Counted from the stretch's first letter, positions 24,700 through 39,507 are shown. The stretch is 51,750 nucleotides of DNA from Octopus bimaculoides (GCF_001194135.2 NC_068984.1:88744450-88796199), one strand, 5' to 3'. Made by a program: numbers and translations. Notes: a model not told the origin generated them from the sequence alone.

Positions 24700-26935
24700 A
24701 AAAAAAGGGAAGCTGCACGAATAACACATAACTTAGAAGCAACGCTACAGATGTACCAACGCACACGAGATTGAGACATAGCCGACCTCACGCACTTTTC
24801 ATGAGGAATTCTGGAAAGAGCTTCGTGAGGCCACTACTGAGACGCTTCCGAAAAAAGAAAAGCCGTTGGAAAACAGATTATAGCAGCGACTCCATCTAAG
24901 AATATCTGAAGAAGGAATTGTGTACCAAAATATCATCGGACTATAGGTAATTAAATTACAACAGGTATATAGTCCATTTTTTGTTTTAGAGTGCATTGTT
25001 GTACCATTCAAAACTTTTTATTATTTACAAACAATAAACAATGCTTCAAGCGAACTACAATACTCTCCTATCTCTACGCCTGGGCCAGGCCGAGTTCGCA
25101 ACCGCTAGGGAGTTTATCAAGCTATCTGAGAAACGTGCTAAAATCGGATGCCAAATAAACTTTCTTAAACGCTACCTAAAAAACAACATAATTCCCAACA
25201 CCATCAGGAACATACATCTACCCTCGTGTTTCCGCAGCCTTGCCCTTCGACGATCACTGAAATATATACATACGTTCGTTATCAGAAAAATCATACACCA
25301 TCTACACCAACAACTACATGAGCACATAAGCAAATTCTCTGAAATAATATCCAGCATCACGTCCACCATTGAACATACATACCGAAGAATAACCGCAGCT
25401 ATTGACCGATGCTACCACCACTGCGTTGACCAACAGAAGAAACGCCTCCAACTTAAATTCCAGTGGCTTTGTACCAAATACCGATACAACTCGGCCTATT
25501 ACACCAACACAGATGAACAGGACACGTCCACAGAATGAGATAACACGAGGACGCCAACACACCATCAGCAACAAAATCCCTAGTCAAAGACTTGAGTGGG
25601 TCACTCTCCCATGAAGAACTGGAACTTCTCAGCCTTGGCCCTAAATTTATCTTGAGCCAACAGCCGAATGAAAAATCTTATTCGACCTGGAAGCCAACTT
25701 TTGTCGAACAGCATACCAACTCAAATGGCTATCGGTAATAAAGAAGAGCAATAACATCCCGGCAAATTTCCTACGTACCAATTAGACCACCCACTCCACC
25801 CACCCCCAACCAACCAAGAACTCAACCACAAACTATTCAGATTGAAACAGTCTATCTCCAACATTTTAAGGAAGAAATCGAAAATAACCGCAAACTTAAC
25901 CAAGGCGCCACATAAAACACTGACTAAACTAAAAAACAAAAAACTTGTATACTTACCATCAGATAAAGGAAAAGAAATCTGCGTGATTTCTTGTGAAATA
26001 TCTGATAGACTGGCACAAGAACATTTAAGCAATGACAGACTATATTCTGAAGTGACAGATACAACTGCAACCAGGATTGAGGACCGAATTAACACCGCAT
26101 GGACGGACATCTGCAGACGGAGACAAATACATAATAAATTCAAGAACAACTTCATCACAAAGAACAGTAGATTACCCAGATTTTATCACCTCATTAAAAC
26201 ACACAAGAATAGCAACACGATCCAGATTAGATCCATCGCCTCCAGCGTGGAAGGACCTCTACATAAAATATCCTGGTTACTTTCTCACATCCTGAAACCC
26301 ATACTCTCCACCTTTCCGGGACACGTCAAGAACTCCGACGAAGTCATCAAAAGACTGCACTAATTACCCATAGACCAACTCTGGCAAAACAGATACGCCT
26401 TTAGTCTTGACGTTGTCTCAATGTACACAACGGTGCCAGCACACCCGGCGGTCAACTTATTGACTGACTGCATAATAGTGTCCAACATCCAATGCTTCGG
26501 ACTTACCACAGCTGATATACATCAACTTTTGTCCATCATCGTGGACAATACTTCGCTTTCCAGGACCATATATACAAACAGACAACAGGCCTCCCTATGG
26601 GATCCAGTCTCTCGGGCTTACTAGCCATCACTTATATGAACCATCTGGAACGTCGAGCACTCAACATCTGCCGCTCATGCGCCTTCTTCACCAGGTACGT
26701 AGATGACATCCTCATACTCACAACTTCCCGTGAAGAGGCTGAGAGAATATTCACAACGTTCAATGACATGGACATGAACATAAAGTTCACTATAGAACAT
26801 CCCGACAACACTGGATCACTATCATTACTTGACTTCAAACTGAATATAACGGAAGAAGGGGAGATCCACACCGAGTTCTACAGGAAAGCAGCCAGTAGAG
26901 CTATGTTTGTCCAATACAATTCAGCACTGGTCGAT
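24700..26935 (+). mobile_element. Penelope-like element: N-terminal domain and RT, frameshifted, lacking GIY-YIG
   Basis: NFLKRYLKNNIIP, LSLGPKFI, SDKG, PRFYHLIKTHK, FSLDVVSMYT, MGSSLSGLLA, RYVDDI, IKFTIE..LLDF, EFYRK motifs. Confidence 0.92.
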
Positions 26936-27394
26936 ACAGGAATAGAGTGATTTTAAAACTGTAGATCTGACAATATTTAGGTCTTATCTATGCAGCAATA
27001 GTCGATAAGATAAACAATAGTCATATACTAGAATCAAGCCAAATATATAGCCTTTCCGTTAACCTTAGAAATCAATATTTTTGTTCATTTCCAAAAGCTC
27101 GGAGTTTAAATCTTACGTGGATCAACTTTAATTTTCGTCATCCAAGAGTGTATATAATAAGTTTCAGCGACATACTGCAGTTAACTTAATTAACCAAGCA
27201 TCCCTCAAATCACGCCCTACTGTCCCATGAGTACGTTGGAGTGGTAGTAAACAAAGGAACCACAATGTAGTAGATAGACGTGCTAAATATAGTAACCACA
27301 GCAACACCGGTTGTCAAGTTGTACTGTGGGATAAATAAAGATACAATACAGACACACTAACACACACACTCTCACACGCATACACGCACGCACG

Positions 27395-27440
<46 letters not shown>

Positions 27441-27441
<1 letters not shown>

Positions 27442-27577
27442 CAGTTTTCTTCCAGTTTCCGTCTATCAAATCCACTCACAAGATTTCGGTCGGCCTGGAA
27501 CTATAGTGGAAAACAGTTACCTAAAGTGCCACGCAGTGGGACGGAAACGTAGAACCATGTGGTTAGGGAGCAAGCTA
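27441..27577 (-). mobile_element. SINE family A, 5' part
   Basis: Reverse complement of the head and CORE-like region (gtgccacgcagtggg, aaccatgtggtt). Confidence 0.8.
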
Positions 27578-29004
27578 CATATCACACACGCATCCACTCA
27601 CTTTTACACACACACGCGCGCGCGCGCGCACAATGTTTTTCAAGCTCCTAATCATTGAAACGCAGACATGGATGTGTGGTAAATATGTTCACATGGCTAC
27701 CATATTATTGTGGATTTGATTCCACTGTACCATAGATTGGACGAATGTCTTGTGAGTAAAATTTGGTTGATGGAAACTGAAAAAAATTGTAGTGTACTGT
27801 GTCCGTGTGTGTGGAAAGAGAGGAGAGGGAGAGAGGAGAGGGAGAGAGGGAGGGGAAAGAGAGAGGGGAGAGAGACAGAAAGAGAAAAAGAGGGGAAGAG
27901 AGACAGAAAGAGAAAAAGAGGGGGAGAGAGCGAAAGAGAGGGTGTGTGTGTATTGTCTCGAATTACATTTTCACTAGTTAATATAAAACTGTGTTACTGT
28001 TTCAGATTCGTAACTTTGTGTTCGACAAATAGCAATCTATAAAATAATTACCAGCTTGAAATATATACGAGGGTCGATGATTAAAACCTCTTGCTTGCGG
28101 AGCCCCAGCATGGGCGCAGTCCGATACTAATAAAACCATAAACCAATAAAAGAATATAATTTTCCCCTCACTTCATTGAAGCCTACACGGAAAACCTCAC
28201 GCGCGCACACACACATATACTCACACACATATACATACGCACTCACACACATACACACACACACTTCTGTCACTTTCTCTCTACTTATGTCTCCCTCTCC
28301 ATCTTTCTATCTCTCTCTTTCGCTCACTCTGTCTCTTCTCTCGTTCCTAGCTCATTCACTATAGATTCATATATAATATACATTGTCACAATATTCCAGC
28401 CTGCCAAATTGCCAGTTTAATAGTTCCCATTCGTAATGCTGTCGGCAACACCCTCTCCTATTCTTTCTACCAGCGGTGATAATCACAAGTTGAGGAAGAC
28501 ACACCTTGTATAAGTATACATTAATTAGACAGAAACATATTATTTAGGGAGTGGATCACATACTGATATATTTCCTACTTTAATCGACCCTTTCATCTTC
28601 TTTCTCTTTTCTCAATACTTCTATATTTCTCCACACCCTCCATTTTAAGCTGTTTTCTTTTTAAATACAGACGTATATAGATTACGATTTCATTGCATGC
28701 GTATGTGTGTATGTGAATGTGTGTGAGAGAGTGGGGTGAACACGCGTATGTATGTGAAATTTCACCTCGTACATATACGTTCATAAACATATACAAACAT
28801 ACACACGCTCACTTACGTACGCCCACACCCACACGCATATATGTACACATCTTTATAAATACACTAATGCACACGCCTTATATTCTTCAGTAATGTACCA
28901 CCGCATTATATCATGTTCTTTTTTCTTCTGTTTGCTTTCAAGAGAAATAATGAAATTATCATTATTAAATGAAAAAATATGAATGAATAACAATCCTTTC
29001 GAAA

Positions 29005-30360
29005 AGCGGCCGGTTTTGAGCTCATTTTCAGACGCTAGATTGCTGCAACGCAGAGTAATATCTCGGCATTTATTCGGTGGTCAAAGTAAGTAGCCATCTC
29101 TCAGAACCGTTTCGCATTGTGCCCTCGATCCGTCAATGTGTTCCCTCTCAGATCTTTTAAAGATGCTGACTCTTGGGCCACTGCTGCGGAAGCTAGAACT
29201 ATTGAGAAGCATTGCCTTCCTCTTCGAATTGGGACGTAGGGCACCGAATCGGTATGTGTGGACTATGTTACCATCATGGTGCCGGGAGCCAGCGAAGTGG
29301 AGGCATTCTGCATCATTCTAAAGGAATACGAAACGGTGGCAAGGCAAAAATCAATCTGGTCAAGTCGCTGAGCTTATACTTCGGCATCTGGCGTGGCATG
29401 TCAATCTGACAGCATCATAGAACGCCAGGCTAACCGATCAGTTAAACTTCACTTCTTATTCGATCCAGATTTCCAGATGTACCGGAACTGGTAACAGATA
29501 ACGAGTAGAGTAACCATTATTTATTGGGCTGAAAGGAAGCTATTCCTGCAAGTTCGAGAAGTGGGGAAGAACATCTACGTTGCTTCCGTATCATTTACCG
29601 TTTGACCATCCTGTCTTATCCTAGTTTTTGTCTGATCAGATTCAAATGTCTGCTTACAGATTCAGCATTCGACTTACTATTAACACTCAGCGTGATGGGC
29701 TAAGCATGCAGTGACTAATGATGCGCAGATACGCGATTTCTGGACGTCGAGCAGGTACGGTCGCCTTTCGTGCGGCAAGTCTCTCCCAGCTACTTTCCTT
29801 GAGGGTGCTACAGTCTTCGGTCAAGCAAAATCCAAGACTGGTCGCTTGGCATGCATCTGAGATAGCTGGAAGTTCTACTCTAGCTAACAATAAAGAATTA
29901 ATGACGGGAAGAGTCGACGATTTCGAAGAAGAGTAAGGATTTTCTCGGAGAGTCTGTGGGAGTCAAGGAAAAGGAAAAAGTTAGCCTGTTCCGGAGGACT
30001 TTCGATTCGAATATAACTGTAGGCGCAGAACAAAAAGTCTTGACTTCACAGTGTTAACAATGGGCGCTACCAGTTCGTGTTAAACTCTACTGGCACAGAA
30101 GTGTCCACAGACACGCCAGTCCAAGGTGTGAACAAAGCGATGAAGCTGTTCTGCGCGCAGTCGCTCACCGTCAGGACATTCTTGATCAGTGAAGTTATGC
30201 TAAACAGCTGTTCTCGCGTGTGGGACGGATGGACAGTTTTAGTCCTGTCAATTTTGTTGACAGTTGGAAAGGAAGATACTGCGGGAAATAGCCATAAACA
30301 TCGTGCTAGTAGCGACACTCTATATGTTGCATGCCTCCATAAATCTGCTTTTGGAGACAT
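29005..30360 (+). mobile_element. L1/Tx1-clade LINE, heavily decayed RT and C-terminal part
   Basis: AAGF, LSEPF.I..S.RQ..PLS, LGPLLRKLE, GKAKINLVKSL, VKLHFLFDPDFQM..NW and similar relics across frameshifts. Confidence 0.7.
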
Positions 30361-30505
30361 AATGATTTTTTCGAGAAAATATTAGGAAAAAACGTATAGA
30401 AAATATTTGAGTGATGACTCTAATTATACCAGAGATACAATAATTTAATGCACAGTAAGGTCATAAACGACATCATCATCAACAGCAGCAATAGCATCAC
30501 CATCA

Positions 30506-30577
<72 letters not shown>

Positions 30578-31830
30578 GCAGCAGCAACAACAATAAAAAG
30601 GACAAATACAGTAAGCCAACGAGGGAGCCTCTACGCCCTTGCTCGACTTGTTAAAATCTAATCTTCCTCAAATATCCTTCCTTTTAAAAAGGAAAGAACA
30701 TATCCTTGAAAGTTACCTTAGACAATAAGATGCATTAGCCATAACTGGAATGACTTTCTTCATGAACCTTTTTAATCAGGACTAACTGATTAAACATCTA
30801 CAAAAGCAAGACAACAACAATAGCTGTAGTAATAATTACAATGGAAACAACGATAAAATCGGGAAAAATATATTGGATGACTACAGCAATGGTAGAAACA
30901 AGAACAATATTATCAACACTAATAACGAAGATAAAGATGTCAGCAAGTCGAATGAAACTAGTGATAAGCAGCAGCAACAACAGTAGAATAAAAAGAAGCA
31001 AAGCAACATTAACACCATGAAAGTTGCTTGTTTGCCAGATTACAAGCTTCTAGGCTGAGCACTCATTTCAGTGAAGCTCAAGTTTGTATCAAGAGTCTTG
31101 GGATAATATGTCCCCAGTGAACGAATTAAATCGTTTCCTGACAATAACAATCACATACAGGCCTATGTAAACAAAAAGGTGTGAAAATACTTTTACACAA
31201 GCAAAAAGTGCCTGAAAAACTGTGTAGGGTGTCATCTCGTACTTCAGAAAAGAGAAACAGTGTAAATCGATGAAATTTATTCCGAAAACGCCAGAAGTAC
31301 TCCTCTGACCTCAGTGTGTCAGTGGCATTTATTGTTATTCCTATTTATATGAGTCGTTCCTCTCTGAAAGCAATGATTCATAATGTATCACTAACGTTTA
31401 CTCAATGGGTTTTGGTGGAAATGTTTGAAGAACTTGAATGAAAATTCTAATCTTGATTGCACTCAAGAATTTATGAATTTAAGAAAAAGAATCTTGAACA
31501 CGCACTGATTATTTGAGATCTTTTGGCCTCTAGTGGAACAAGTACGCAACAAAAGTCCACCGCTATCAACACCAATAACAAGATAACAGCAACAACAAAA
31601 TTGATATCAAGAACTACGACAACCGCGTCAAGCCTTGCACGTTGTATAGAGTGAAGTCAAAGCAAAGATGGCTAACCAATTTCTTAAAGCAGAAGTTTCG
31701 ATGAGACGTCAAACAACCCGTCAATTAGCTATTATAACAGCAACCACAATAACAACTATACTCGCAACCACAACAACAAGAATAACATCAGCAGCTAAAC
31801 ACACCACAGTCTCCCTCATTTTCGCTATTG

Positions 31831-31967
31831 TTTGAAAAGACGAAGAAATCGATCCCAGGACTTATTCTTTGTAAGCTTAGCACTTATTCTATCGGTCTCT
31901 TTTGCCGAACTGCTAGTGGACGGGGACGTAAACACACCAGCATCGGTTGTCAAGCGGTGTTGGGGGA

Positions 31968-32027
<60 letters not shown>

Positions 32028-32196
32028 ATTATACGACGGGCTTCTTTCAGTTTCCGTCTACTAAATCCACTCACAAGGCTTTGATCGGCCCGAAGCTATA
32101 GTAGAAGACACTTGCCCAAGGTGCCACGCAGTGGGTCTGAACTCGGAACCATGTAGTTGGTTAGCAAGCTACTTACCACACAGCCACTCCTGCGCC
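31831..32196 (-). mobile_element. SINE family A with internal (TG)n
   Basis: Reverse complement of the 13485 copy from the head ggcgcaggagtggctgtgtggtaag to the gatttc tail region. Confidence 0.95.
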
Positions 32197-32204
32197 TATT
32201 AAGT

Positions 32205-34380
32205 TGTTTTTTCTTCTTTCTTCAAATTTTCTTCCATTTATCGCTGAGTATTTTCCGTACACCTAGGACAGAGAAGCTCGTTGTATGTATTCCCAGTTTA
32301 CATACGCACATTCACAGGTAGAATATGTATTTTAAAAAAATAATTAAATAAATAAATTCATGAATGGATATTGTTTTCACAGCGATAATGCTCTTCTCAG
32401 TACATGAGTCGTTCCAGTTAACACGATTTTTTGCACTTCCTGTAGGGATGGTAAGCCTGGTATCATTTTCAAATAGGTTTCAGTACCTTTTTTTTTTTAT
32501 CATTCCTAGAGATCCTACAATCACATCTTGTCAAATTGTTTCGCCGCTATATACTCATGTCAATTAATAAACACATCTTTTTTGTCTGATCTTTTATAAT
32601 AATATCCGGTTTATTGGCTTTTATAGTTTTGTCGGTTTGTACGGGGAAGTCCCAGAGAATCGACACATTTTCTCCCTCAGTCACAGCTTCAGGACGATGT
32701 TTATACCATTTGTCAGCGGTTTTGATTTTATAATGCCGACATATTGTCCTGTATAAATACTGGCCGACTCTGTCATGTCTTGCTTTATATTCTACAGGTG
32801 CTAAGACTCTACACCCTGAGATTAGGTGGTCTATAGTTTCAATCTCATCGTTACAGAATCGGCATTTTGAGTCAGCTCCATTTTTATCACATTGGCTTGG
32901 TAGTTCCGGGTTAATAAGCTTTGGTCTTGAGCAGCTAATATGAAACCTTCACTCTCTGCTTTTAGCCCTGAGCTTCGTAACAACTGATGCATGTGTTTCT
33001 GGTTGACATCAGCTAGTTTGCTACGGGCCACATACTTGCTATGCAGAGGTTTCTGTTCCCATCTGCTAGCTAATTTTTCATGTGCTTTTGTCTTTGCAAT
33101 TAATTTTATTTTCTTTGCAGCAGCAGTTGGCGCATTTCCTTCAATCTGATCAATCTGGTAGGTATTTAAGGGATCAGTAGCGAATGTTTTGCTCTCTTTC
33201 AGAATAGAGAGAGGTTTTTTCGGTTTTTCATGTTTTTCAACAAGTTTTAGCATCCAATCGTTGGTTGTTTCAAGGTATTTGGCCAGTCCGATTCTGGTGG
33301 TTTTGTAAGTAAGTTCAAGCTGAATCAAGCCCCGACCTCCCTGAGTTCTGGGAAGATATAGACGATCAAAGCTTATTAACCCGGAACTACCAAGCCAATG
33401 TGTAATAAGATGCACCTTTGGAAGGTGCATCTTATTACAAGTCAGTAGCTTGCGGATTTTTCTATCAATTTTGATTATTTCACTGGTATTCCAGTTAAGC
33501 ACATTGAAGCTATAAAGAACAACTGGGACTGCTAAGGAATTTATGGCTAACACCTTATTATATGCATACAGCTCAGACTTCAGAACTGCTCGAACTCTTC
33601 TATAACATTCCTGCCTAACCTTCTCTTTCATGCTTGCATGCTGGATACTTGAGCCTTCATTTATTCCTAGGTATTTATAGGTTTGTTCCTGCTCAAGTTC
33701 CTTTATTACTGTTTCGACATCTAATTCGATTGAACTTGACTTTACCAGTTTCCCTTTCTTAAAAGTTGCTTTGCCACACTTTTCAAGGTCAAACTCCATC
33801 CCGATATCATCAGTGAACCCTTTCACACTATGTAGTGGTCCTTCAAGCTCTTCATCATCTTTGCCATATAGTTTTAAATCATCCATATGAAATAGATGGC
33901 TGTTGTCAATTTTGTAGCCATACCCTGTTCTATTCAGTTCACCTGAGAGTGGTATTAGTGCTATGTAGAAAATTAGTGGTGAAAGTGAGTCACCTTGGAA
34001 AATGCCACAGTCTATGCTAATTTTGTTTGAGCGCAATACTCCATTAGAATGATATAATTGGAGCTTCGTGTTCCATAATGACACAAATATCTTTTAAAAA
34101 ATCTGAAATCACAGGAGAAATTTTGAAAATGTCCAGCGATTTCAGAATCCACGAATGTGGTATGCTGTCAAAGGCTTTTTTATAATCAATCTATGAAGAG
34201 CTGAGATCTTTGCGCTTGTTATGGCAGTTCTCAAGGATCATGCGATTAATTAAGAGCTGATCTTTGCATCCGTATGAGCCTCATCTGCATCCTTTTTGTT
34301 CAGTGGGAAAGAGGCACTGGACGAGAGCGTGCAGAGTAGTTTTGTCGCTCTGTACACATTTCAGACATGACCGGCTGACG
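32205..34380 (-). mobile_element. R4/Dong-like RLE non-LTR retrotransposon, 5'-truncated (copy 2, different subfamily)
   Basis: 417-aa ORF with GIFQGDSLSPL, HLFHMDDLKLY, YKYLG, GGRGL; upstream EQKGC, IDYKKAFDS; downstream CRFCNDEIETIDHLISGC (CCHC), ANKPDIII (RLE), ...VLRRALSL*. Confidence 0.95.
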
Positions 34381-36155
34381 GCATTTCCATGCCTGTAGAG
34401 TTTATTCGAACTGGCAATACTCCCCGGTCATGCTACCGGGAATTTCTGGAAATTACCTATGCGATGCCTTTCCTAAGCGCCTCTTCTAAGTTTCTAAGTT
34501 TCCCCCTATTGTATTTCTTTCTATCGCTAATGCCTTACTCCAGAGCTCAACGGATACTTATTTTATCGACCCCGAAAGGATGAAAAGCAAAGTTGGCGGT
34601 ATTTCAAATCAAAACATAAAACCTGAAGAAATGTCGCTAAGTATCTTGTACGGCACGGAAACGATTCTACTTGTTCACTGCTTTAAAAATAATGATAATA
34701 ATGAACTGCAACAGAAAATAGAAACAATTGAGGGAATACAACCTCCTTTAAACAACAATGAACCTCTCAATTGCTAGAGTCGATATATGATTGTTTCTCT
34801 GCTAAATTTCTCGCTTTGTTTCTATGCTCGAATATGTTAATATTATTATCATAGAAATTGACGGTTGGTAGAAGAATTCATAAATTGCGGGACAAAATGC
34901 CTTTCAGTATTTGCTTTCATCACTTTGTATTTTGCGGTCAAATCCTGTCATGCTATTCGTTCTTCCGCTGTTACTAAAATAAATGTCAGTTAAATATTTG
35001 TCGCTCTCCTCTCAAACAAAACAGAATAGCATCAATGAATTATGTGCTTTACAGCCAATAAAACATAAATGTATTATCGCTGGCCACATGTTTGCATCGA
35101 TGACTGAGTAGGAGTTATCACCCCATCAAGTAGTAGTGCAACACCCTACCAATTCAGCCAGCTGTGACTCTTCAAACAGAAGGGTAAAGCTGTTAGAGCG
35201 ATAGTTGTCAGTGATATCCCAGCTGTTATAGAACTGCTGCTGTGGATAATGATGTAAGAGTTTAATATCATGGCATCACATGTTAATGTCATAAGACTGT
35301 AATGTCAACAGAAACACGACTAAAATAACTGTGATGATATTTCAGTTTAGGTCTGATCGTACCATGTAGTTTGTTGGTCTTCGAAGTTCAAAGGTCGAAG
35401 TCTAAAATTATATTTTATATATAACATTGTTTACGCTGTACCCTACAACCTTTGTAGCGTGTTCATTGTATTTCACTCTTCTGGCAGAAGCTTCAGATTT
35501 CTTTGTACTGGGGTGGTGGTGGTGGATGAGAGAGTGAGTCTGTATACAGACCTTTATATATAAAGGTAGGTGAGAGTGTGCATGCAATATCAAAACAGAA
35601 AACTTATTTTAATAAAAACTTATTTTAATAAAAATTTTAATAAAAATATCAAGAATCAATATATAAATAAATGAAAATTAAATTATTATTCTATTTATTA
35701 AAATTAAATTAAAATGAAATTAACAGAAAATTTTATTTCGCCTTACAATATTTTTTCCGAAGCTGATTTCACTTGATTGTCTCAGTTGTAGCACTGCATG
35801 AGGTGAAGCGAATAATATTATTTATTAAAGAATAAAAGTTTTCAGTGTCACAGCTCAATTCATTTAATGACAGCTAAAAGTGGCTTCTATTTACGAAATA
35901 AAAACACATTCTGCGGGTTTTGATTTTAATAGCGAAAAAGTTGTATTTTTATCGACTGAAATTCCCATAGTAATTTGTCGTAATGTGGGCATTACTACCA
36001 TTCTTTCCTCCCCGAAAAAAAAAAAAAAATAGAAATTGGGAAAATCTAGGTGTTATTTATGTATTTGTTGGTTTGCTGAAAATCTTATTGCAACCCAGTC
36101 CCACCTATACATAACCAAAAGCGAGTTGAACTCTTTAATATTTCATTAGAGATAA

Positions 36156-36323
36156 GGTGACGAGGTGGCAAAATCGTTAGCACATTAGGCAAAATGCTTA
36201 ACGGCATTTCGTCTGTCTTTACATTCTGAGTTCAAATTCTGGCGACGCCGATTTTGCCATTCATCTCTTTTGGGGTCGATAAAATAAGTGCCAATTGAGT
36301 ACTGGGGTTGATGTAATCGACTT
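36156..36323 (+). mobile_element. SINE family B
   Basis: ggtgacgaggtggcaaaatcgttagcac...gagttcaaattc...ttttgccattcatc..ggggtcgataaaataagtgcc. Confidence 0.88.
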
Positions 36324-36789
36324 TCATTTCTTAAAAGTACAGTCATATTTAACATATATGAAAAAATATTAATTTGAACTCTATAAAATTCAAAAATACG
36401 TATGTGTGTGTGCATGTATGTACGTATATCATTTAATGAATACAGGAGCTATATGTGAACTACTTCAAGTTTCATCCTCAGATAGTGCAGTGATCGGATA
36501 GGTTTTTATAGCGTACCATGCTCGTTCCGATATAATCGTTCAGGCACAAATAGCATGGCTACTCCGTCAAGAAATGCAAGAGAATATAAAAATAAAAATT
36601 ACGAGAAGAAAATTTTAAGGGAAAGGCGAACAAATGTTACGTCTCTTTAACTCACTAAAAGAATAACTGTAAATGTTAAGCAGTCACAGCTAAAAAAAAA
36701 TGCTTTGCTCAATGGGGCAGTCAAAAGGAGGGGGAGGCTAAAGTGCATTAAACTGTGTCAAATCCAATGAGGTGGGGGATGTCTTTCCA

Positions 36790-37200
36790 TAACGGAATCT
36801 TGTCGAGATGCATACATCTAGTAAAAATATCTGATCTCGAGATTTGTTGGTCGGTGCTGTTCTTCAATCTAATTATACAAAGCCTACCCAATAATGCATA
36901 GTCTAGCTCTTTCTAAGATGCACAGCTTGATAGTGTGTGGTATATTTATGTCCTTCAGGTTCCAGATATGACTTGCTAGCTTCGTACTTTTCTTTTTCTC
37001 TACGTGACTGAAAGAAGACGTAGTTAGCATCTGAGCTAACTATGCATACCTGGTCAAGTGGGCAAATATCTGGGTTTCTGGAGCTGCATTTTGGAGCAGT
37101 CAACTTGTTTGACTTGCATAAAATGATTTTCATACTGTGTGAGAAATACTCAGCCACGTAATTCTGAAGAGAAATTAACGTGATATTGTATGTCAAGCCT
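36790..37200 (-). pseudogene. Decayed Penelope-like GIY-YIG endonuclease region
   Basis: KCSSRNPDICPLDQVC (CNCR..CPL..C motif), SRREKEKYEASKSY, and in a shifted frame SRSDIFTRCMHLDK (C-terminal CRH motif). Confidence 0.5.
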
Positions 37201-37460
37201 GGTCATTTGTATCACATGCACAGTCCAAACGATGGGATTCTAAACAATTTACTTCAACCCAATTATACTCATCATACTTAGAATAAGTTTAGAATAAACA
37301 TACATGCTCAAATTACGGTGCAGAGACATCAAACCCGGAACTTTAGATTAACCAAACGAACTTCATAACCACTCAACGACATGTCCAGATACACACGCAC
37401 ATACGCGCGCGCACACTTACACATAAATGCACATACATACATATATACACACATGTGTGT

Positions 37461-37839
37461 GGAGGCTCAATGGTCCAGCGGTTAGGGCAGCGAACTCGCG
37501 GTCGTAGGATTACGGTTTCAATTCCCAGACCGAGCGTTGTGAGTTTTTATTGAGCGAAAACACCTAAAGCTTCACGAGGCTCCGGCACGGGGTAGTGACG
37601 AACCCTGCTGTACTCTTTCACCACAACTTTCTCTCACTCTTTCTTCCTGTTTCTGTTGTACCTGTATTTCAGAGGGCCAGCCTTGTCAAACACTGTGTCA
37701 TTCTGAATCTTCCCGAGAACTACGTTAAGGGTACACGTGTCTGTGTAGTGCTCGGCCACTTACACGTTAATTTCACGAGCAGGCTGTACTGTTGATCGCA
37801 TCAACTGGAACCCACGTCGTTGTAGCCGACGGAGTGCCA
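37461..37839 (+). mobile_element. tRNA-derived SINE family C, near full length
   Basis: A-box-like tggtccagcgg (37471), B-box-like ggtttcaattcc (37514); a fragment of the same family lies on minus at ~11520-11600. Confidence 0.75.
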
Positions 37840-37854
37840 CTATATACGTGTATA

Positions 37855-37906
<52 letters not shown>

Positions 37907-37948
37907 CACACACATATGAAACATATCTTAATTCGTCTAAATATCAGT

Positions 37949-37991
<43 letters not shown>

Positions 37992-39240
37992 TGTATGTAT
38001 GTATGTACGTATGTATATGTATATGTATGTATGTATGTATGTGTGTATGTGTGTATGTATGTATGTATGTATACTACGTTAAGTTAAACTTCAGGGCTGT
38101 GATGTCTACATGATAACTTATGGGACAGATTTTGAGAGCTCAAACAATATCACGCAAAACAAATATATACTTAATACGCACACACGCGCGGGCTTTTATA
38201 TTTATATACACATACATGCATATAATACATACATACATACATACATACATACACACACACATACATACATACATATATATACATACACATATCCGTACAT
38301 AAATTCATACGCAGGCGTATTTATAATACATAAGAACATGTGTCTGTATATAAGTGTATGTGTGCACATTTATGTTTACGAATGTGGTTTTCTTTGATAT
38401 ACGGATAAAGTAAACTACATAACGCTTTGTTTGTGCGTAGATGTATGTAACTGGGATATATGTCTGATGTGTACATAAACTAAACTTTTTATCTACGTGT
38501 CGGCATGTATATAAGTCACTTTACACGTAGTTGACTCTCAGAAGTTTTTAGGTTTATGTGGCACATTGGTAAAGACCGAAAATATTCCAAGCAGTTAGTG
38601 CCGTACTTTGAATTAGTTCTCTTTTAATAAACTAATAAACGGTTTTATAGTTGCTTCAAAACCTCAAACCAGCTATTTTTTTCAGTTACCCTTCTCTAAA
38701 TGGAGGTCAACTGTGAAATTAAAGATATTTTATTAAAATTGCTTTTCTGCAAAACTTCTCTGATCTAAAAGAACTTTAAAATTGACTCACTTACTCTCTC
38801 TCTCCCTCTTACTCCCAATTTTCTTTTCCCTTTCTCTGTGTGTATCTTCTTCCTCTTTAATTTTCTTCTTCCCTCTCATTTTTCCAGTTATGTACATGAG
38901 CACACACATAATATGGACGGGTAGCTTCCGATAATTATTGCATGTTTTAAGTTTTCCCCAATGTTAACACTTTGAAATATATTTTATTTTTCTGTAAGTT
39001 TGACAAAAGTTTAAAGGTTTCTTCCGGTATATTTTTCTCTTTCCATATTCGCATCTTCATAAGAATTTCCTCTTTCTTGCTTCTTTTTAACTCTATATCT
39101 GTCTCAATATCTATGTCCATATATGTCTTTCTATTTTCATCTTCCTCCATGTTCTCCTCTCTCTTTACACAAATACACACACAAAATTTGTGTCCCAGCG
39201 ATTTGTTAATCACTATTTTTCTATAACAGTAGAGGCTAAG

Positions 39241-39507
39241 TTTACATTATTTACATTTGACAGATATTTGTGGTTAACACAACGTTTCGGCTGATATACC
39301 CTCCAGCCTTCATCAGGTGTCTTGGGGAAATTTCGAACCTGGGTTCTCATTCCAAAGGTTCGAAATTTCCCCAAGACACCTGATGAAGGCTGAAGGGTAT
39401 ATCAGCCGAAACGTTGTATTAACATCAAACAAGATGAGGACAAATATCTGTCAAATGTAAATAATGTAAACAATGTACATAATTCCTCATCTCTTAGATA
39501 TAGAACT
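39241..39507. mobile_element. Fold-back Penelope-type element with two opposed hammerhead motifs and a TSD
   Basis: 68-bp inner arms (39273-39340 / 39356-39423, 2 mismatches), 30-bp perfect outer arms (39241-70 / 39441-70), direct repeat gaggctaagttt at 39232-43 and 39508-19. Confidence 0.88.
39375..39420 (+). ncRNA. Minimal type I hammerhead ribozyme motif
   Basis: gacac|CTGATGA a ggctg-loop-cagcc GAAAC GTT|gtatt; the mirror copy on minus (39276-39321) has the better stem I (gtgtt). Confidence 0.7.

Noticed and set aside
35147-35295. Minus-strand exon candidate (LMTLTCDAMILNSY... or ...NSWDITDNYRS...)
   Set aside because: Weak donor (gtaggg); open frames of ~50 codons arise by chance; no recognisable homology.
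37461-37535. tRNA gene
   Set aside because: A/B boxes are present but there is no convincing cloverleaf, and it continues into a SINE body; the same applies to the other SINE heads.
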